Made by a program: the position numbers and the translations under genes
The notes under the pieces: generated by a model
The model's database searches: none
The model's input: the letters and a program-made list of their open reading frames with translations, nothing else
What the model was told of the DNA's origin: nothing
DNA from: Minisyncoccota bacterium
GTDB lineage: Bacteria; Patescibacteriota; Minisyncoccia; Phycocordibacterales; UBA918
Direction of reading: 5' to 3'
DNA length: 64,000 nt
Assembly (NCBI GenBank): GCA_036275695.1
Contig: DASUDI010000021.1
Coordinates: forward strand, 5,311 to 69,310
In this document: positions 60,623 through 64,000 of the stretch, piece by piece
How positions within the stretch are numbered: position 1 is the first letter of the stretch
How the letters are laid out: each line of letters opens with the position of its first letter

Positions 60623-62344
60623 CTACTGTTGTGGGTTTGAAGTTGTTGCAGCATCATCTAGCGGTTCAATGTACGGTGTAATGATCAGATCATACGGAGT
60701 ACTTTCATCATGGATAGGTAACGTTGAGGATGACTGGGTAGACATACTAATATCATAGGAAGTATTTTGATACTGACCAACAGTTGTTGTCGCACCCAGA
60801 AGTAGAGATGTGTCATCATCAGTAATGGGAACATACGGAGTAACGACAATATCAGATTCAGATATATCAATATTGCTATCATTTGTTGAATCATCAGGTG
60901 AACCGTCACCCTCTACTGTGGATTGCTTCTCCTTTAATTGTGGCGTCTGAGAGACGAGCGCGCGCTTTTGACCAGTTTGCTCAGGATCAGGGATTTCATC
61001 AGGAAGAGAGACAGGTTTTGCGCCAAGCTCTATATTTTCACCACTACCGAGATCGTAACCACGAATTAACACATCGCCCGACTCTGATTTTGAGTCATAT
61101 ACAAGTACGAAACGGGGATTTTCAATGGTGCCACCGTCATTACCCTCGATTGTCTCAGTGTGCTTTGTGCGAATATCATACACTTTCATTACCCACACAT
61201 CATGCTCGAATGACTGCCACACAACATGGGTACCATTAATTTGTGGGGAAATATCGTGCACTACATTGTCAGTAAGCATATATGGCTCGTCTGTGCCATG
61301 CATCATAAATATCTCCCAATCATTACCTATCCACCCCTGCCAAACAGTTATTTCACCAAAACGTGAGGGGTGCATATTATTATATCTATCGAACGTAATT
61401 TGTTGTTCGTCTGTGTGCTCAATGTCATAAATCATAATTTGGTATCGGCCATCTATAAGTCTATGCCATGTAATAGTATTAGTTGATTCATCAAAATATG
61501 GCGCATCATCATCAAATGTGTTTCGGGTAATCTGTGTAATATCTCCGCCCTTCTCAATGAAGATTTCGAGATCACCATCCTCATCAGGAGCAGAATAAAC
61601 TCTATCCGTATACACAATCTCAGATTCCTCTTTTTGTTTTACACAATAATACGTGCCATCATCCATGGTTGCGCACTCTGATTGAGCAAAAGACAATCTA
61701 TTCTCGTCGTTTGTTACTGTATTAATAAGTGGTTGCGCCGGCTCAGTATATGCAGCAGCATCGGAGACATCAGTGTCACTGTGTACCTCATGTAATGGAG
61801 TCGAGCCCCCCTCGTCAACCACGCTTGAAACTTCTGGAAAAACACTGTCTTCATTTGCTACGAGCGGAGGCGCGTCTCCACTACCATTATTAAAGGATAA
61901 GATATCTTCATTCTCAGAGCTTTGATCTTCACGCGAGTTATCAGAAACACCATGCTCAGGTGATTGATCAAAATTCTCATCTACCTCAATGAGACCAGCG
62001 TGGTTATTGTCTACATTATTATCCGCCTCAGTCATAATTACAGGGACACTATTCTCTGGTTCTAACTGTGAAGTTGTAGTGTCCACATCTACACTCGGCA
62101 CAACTGGTGGTACTGGCGAAGCGTCAAATGTACTTTCCATTTGCTCACCAACATTTGCTTCATGTACGGTTTCCGTATCCGTTGGCGAGGACAGTGTTTC
62201 TAACGCAACTTCATCCGCAAAAACAGGCGCAAGGGGAAGTGCCACAAGAAGTGACATAACAACAAAAGCACACAGTACCCACGCGTAGTAAGTTATGTAA
62301 TGACGTTTACGTATTTGAGTAATGTTATATGTGCTCCACATCAT
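60623..62344 (-). CDS. hypothetical acidic secreted protein with propeller-like W-containing repeats
   Basis: Likely start MMWSTYN… with a signal anchor (YYAWVLCAFVVMSLLVALPLAPVFA). Long D/E/S-rich linker. Repeated …ITWHRLIDGRYQIMIYD… / …ITVWQGWIGNDWEIFMMH… / …VVWQSFEHDVWVMKVYD… units. Confidence 0.5.
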   Translation of the reverse strand: MMWSTYNITQIRKRHYITYYAWVLCAFVVMSLLVALPLAPVFADEVALETLSSPTDTETVHEANVGEQMESTFDASPVPPVVPSVDVDTTTSQLEPENSVPVIMTEADNNVDNNHAGLIEVDENFDQSPEHGVSDNSREDQSSENEDILSFNNGSGDAPPLVANEDSVFPEVSSVVDEGGSTPLHEVHSDTDVSDAAAYTEPAQPLINTVTNDENRLSFAQSECATMDDGTYYCVKQKEESEIVYTDRVYSAPDEDGDLEIFIEKGGDITQITRNTFDDDAPYFDESTNTITWHRLIDGRYQIMIYDIEHTDEQQITFDRYNNMHPSRFGEITVWQGWIGNDWEIFMMHGTDEPYMLTDNVVHDISPQINGTHVVWQSFEHDVWVMKVYDIRTKHTETIEGNDGGTIENPRFVLVYDSKSESGDVLIRGYDLGSGENIELGAKPVSLPDEIPDPEQTGQKRALVSQTPQLKEKQSTVEGDGSPDDSTNDSNIDISESDIVVTPYVPITDDDTSLLLGATTTVGQYQNTSYDISMSTQSSSTLPIHDESTPYDLIITPYIEPLDDAATTSNPQQ

Positions 62345-62437
62345 AGCAAAACATGCGCGCATATTTAACCCAATGCACCCATATTCATCTATAATAGCAA
62401 CTATTTGCAATGATGAGTGACAGTGTTATCAACAGTG

Positions 62438-63181
62438 CTAATGATAAAATGACTCTGCGAGAAGTATTGAAAAATCAATAAATGTCATCCTTCCATCGTT
62501 ATTGAAATCAAAAGTAAATTTGCGCGAAATCCACGCAGCCATAAACTTCGACACATCATCCATATCCACATCATTATCGTTGTCTACATCAGTAACTACG
62601 TTGATTTGTGCCTCCGCGGTAAGCACACCATCTGAACCCGTTATGGCGAGTGAGACAATGCCCACGCCATCATTAGTCGCATTGACTGAGGTGCCATTTC
62701 CATCACCCGCAATGAGTTTGGTACTTTGCAGTATAATGCGTGCATCACCAGATTTGACCGCGTGAGCACGAATTCGCGCGACCTGGTGATTGCCTACAAA
62801 ACCCTTTCTGAAGGTACCGCCCTGCATATAAATTTTTCCATTTTCAGCGTATGGATTTTTATTCCATAAGGATATGACAGAAGTGCCCACATCTATACTA
62901 TCAATAACAAGAAATTCCTCTGGATACGTAAGTATAATATCGACTGCGTTAATGGGGACGTGTGCGGAAATGGTGACGTCTACATAAAATTGCTGATCCT
63001 GAGTCACCTTGTCGTCTGAAACTTGTAAGGAAATATATGAAGAGTTTTGAGTAGTTACTGCCGCGAGACCCGCGAAGATGGTGGTCAAAAATACAAATGA
63101 AAACGCGTATCGAACCGTGGTGTGGTGCTTTGCTTGATAATTGGGATAAAATAATTTAATGAAAAAACGTAACATACACAA
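62438..63181 (-). CDS. cohesin-domain plus C-terminal dockerin-like module protein
   Basis: Cohesin-like beta-sandwich segment (…FYVDVTISAHVPINAVDIILTYPEEFLVIDSIDVG…). Two dockerin-type Ca-binding repeats at the C-terminus (DVDNDNDVDMDDVSKFMAAW and DFNNDGRMTFIDFSILL). Confidence 0.55.
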   Translation of the reverse strand: MCMLRFFIKLFYPNYQAKHHTTVRYAFSFVFLTTIFAGLAAVTTQNSSYISLQVSDDKVTQDQQFYVDVTISAHVPINAVDIILTYPEEFLVIDSIDVGTSVISLWNKNPYAENGKIYMQGGTFRKGFVGNHQVARIRAHAVKSGDARIILQSTKLIAGDGNGTSVNATNDGVGIVSLAITGSDGVLTAEAQINVVTDVDNDNDVDMDDVSKFMAAWISRKFTFDFNNDGRMTFIDFSILLAESFYH

Positions 63182-63841
63182 TTACGGTACCAGCGTAGAC
63201 CTCAACGCGTCAATTTGGTGATTACTTACATCAAGTGACTCACTCACATTCTTTGCGTACGCAACGAGTGAAGCAACTTCTGAACTTTGAGCTGACGCAC
63301 CAGAAATAAGATGGGTGATGATGTCTTGTTGTATATCTGCAAGTTCTACAAGGAGACTGCTCCGCCCTTGTTCAAGGGTAACTAAGTTGGAAAATGCTTC
63401 GCTCACCGCATGATACTCCCCTACGTCTTTGAGTAGCGAGAGAATTGTAATATTTTCTTTAAGACGATCCACCGACTGTTCCAATCGTGTCACCATAAGT
63501 GCCTTTCGCTCACCATAAAAATTACCACAACTTTCAAACAAGCTTTGCATAGTGACCAATTCAGGTTTAGTAAGTGATGCGAGTCGTATAAGATATGACT
63601 CATACTCCTCTCGTCTCCCACAGTCTGCGATAATCTGCTCAGTTACTTCGTCTGCGCCATTTCTATCAGTAATTTCGGCGAGTGCTACCACATCAGCTAC
63701 GTTTTGAGAAATACTGTTTTCCAGGTATGTGACCACATGTTTTTTTTGATACGCACTAAAACCCGCACCGATACAAAGTGCGAGCGCACATATTCCTAAT
63801 GCGCGGGCGACTTTCAGATGTTGCAATAGTGATGCTTTCAT
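63182..63841 (-). CDS. hypothetical membrane-anchored helical protein
   Basis: 219 aa with an N-terminal TM (ALGICALALCIGAGFSAY). The rest is alpha-helical and low-complexity. Confidence 0.45.
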   Translation of the reverse strand: MKASLLQHLKVARALGICALALCIGAGFSAYQKKHVVTYLENSISQNVADVVALAEITDRNGADEVTEQIIADCGRREEYESYLIRLASLTKPELVTMQSLFESCGNFYGERKALMVTRLEQSVDRLKENITILSLLKDVGEYHAVSEAFSNLVTLEQGRSSLLVELADIQQDIITHLISGASAQSSEVASLVAYAKNVSESLDVSNHQIDALRSTLVP

Positions 63842-63850
63842 AAATATATT

Positions 63851-64000
63851 TTACGTGACGATATGTTCAACATCATCAATTTCTTTTGCGATATGTTCTT
63901 GCGCCCTAGTAATATCAGCACGGATTTCGTCTATGAGCGCGGATTCAGACTTAGTCAATTTACCTTTTCGTGAAATTGTGAGCGCCTCTACATTTTTATC
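63851..64000 (-). CDS. C-terminal fragment of an unidentified coiled-coil protein, running off the window
   Basis: The reverse complement gives an open frame …DKNVEALTISRKGKLTKSESALIDEIRADITRAQEHIAKEIDDVEHIVT* with the stop at 63851..63853. It is absent from the ORF track because it is incomplete. Confidence 0.3.
   Translation of the reverse strand, partial: DKNVEALTISRKGKLTKSESALIDEIRADITRAQEHIAKEIDDVEHIVT

Overview
This 64-kb window is gene-dense, fairly AT-rich bacterial chromosome. Almost every gene is on the minus strand; the plus strand carries only four small ORFs and two tRNAs. Gene content and sizes point to a reduced-genome bacterium, and a Patescibacteria/CPR-like organism would fit: many core enzymes are compact (AlaRS 647 aa, UvrC 409 aa, UvrA 878 aa, short ATP synthase delta and epsilon subunits), and there is a free-standing sigma-70 region-4 protein. 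This is inference, not verified. The standard genetic code (code 11) fits throughout.

From low to high coordinates the window contains:
- the tail of the ribosomal alpha operon (infA, rpmJ, rpsM, rpsK, rpsD, rpoA, and the start of rplQ);
- two hypothetical proteins, then alaS;
- a tandem pair of M16 peptidases;
- an HD-domain hydrolase, an Ogt-like methyltransferase, a Cas4-like Fe-S PD-(D/E)xK nuclease and an ATP-cone/Mrr-like nuclease fusion;
- mnmA, mltG, leuS and typA;
- a DsbB plus CPHC-thioredoxin pair, ychF and an NAD(P)H:quinone oxidoreductase-like flavoprotein;
- a complete F1Fo ATP synthase operon (atpBEFHAGDC);
- tRNA-Ala(TGC) and tRNA-Pro(GGG) on the plus strand, with a promoter and terminators;
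- ddl, then uvrC and uvrA, an orphan sensor histidine kinase plus a 927-aa surface protein, then uvrB;
- tgt, an FKBP isomerase, capA, an AI-2E transporter, and CcdA with a cysteine-less TlpA-like protein.

The 3' quarter (about 52.2-63.8 kb) is a contiguous block of predicted cell-surface and secreted proteins:
- two paralogous signal-peptide proteins with a C-terminal TM anchor (DUF916/DUF3324-like);
- an abutting 1838-aa giant protein containing a ~1.06-kb tandem duplication;
- an acidic secreted protein with propeller-like repeats;
- a cohesin-plus-dockerin protein.
I consider this block the most likely candidate for an undescribed system, perhaps a surface or attachment apparatus.

No rRNA, CRISPR array, transposase or integrase was recognised.
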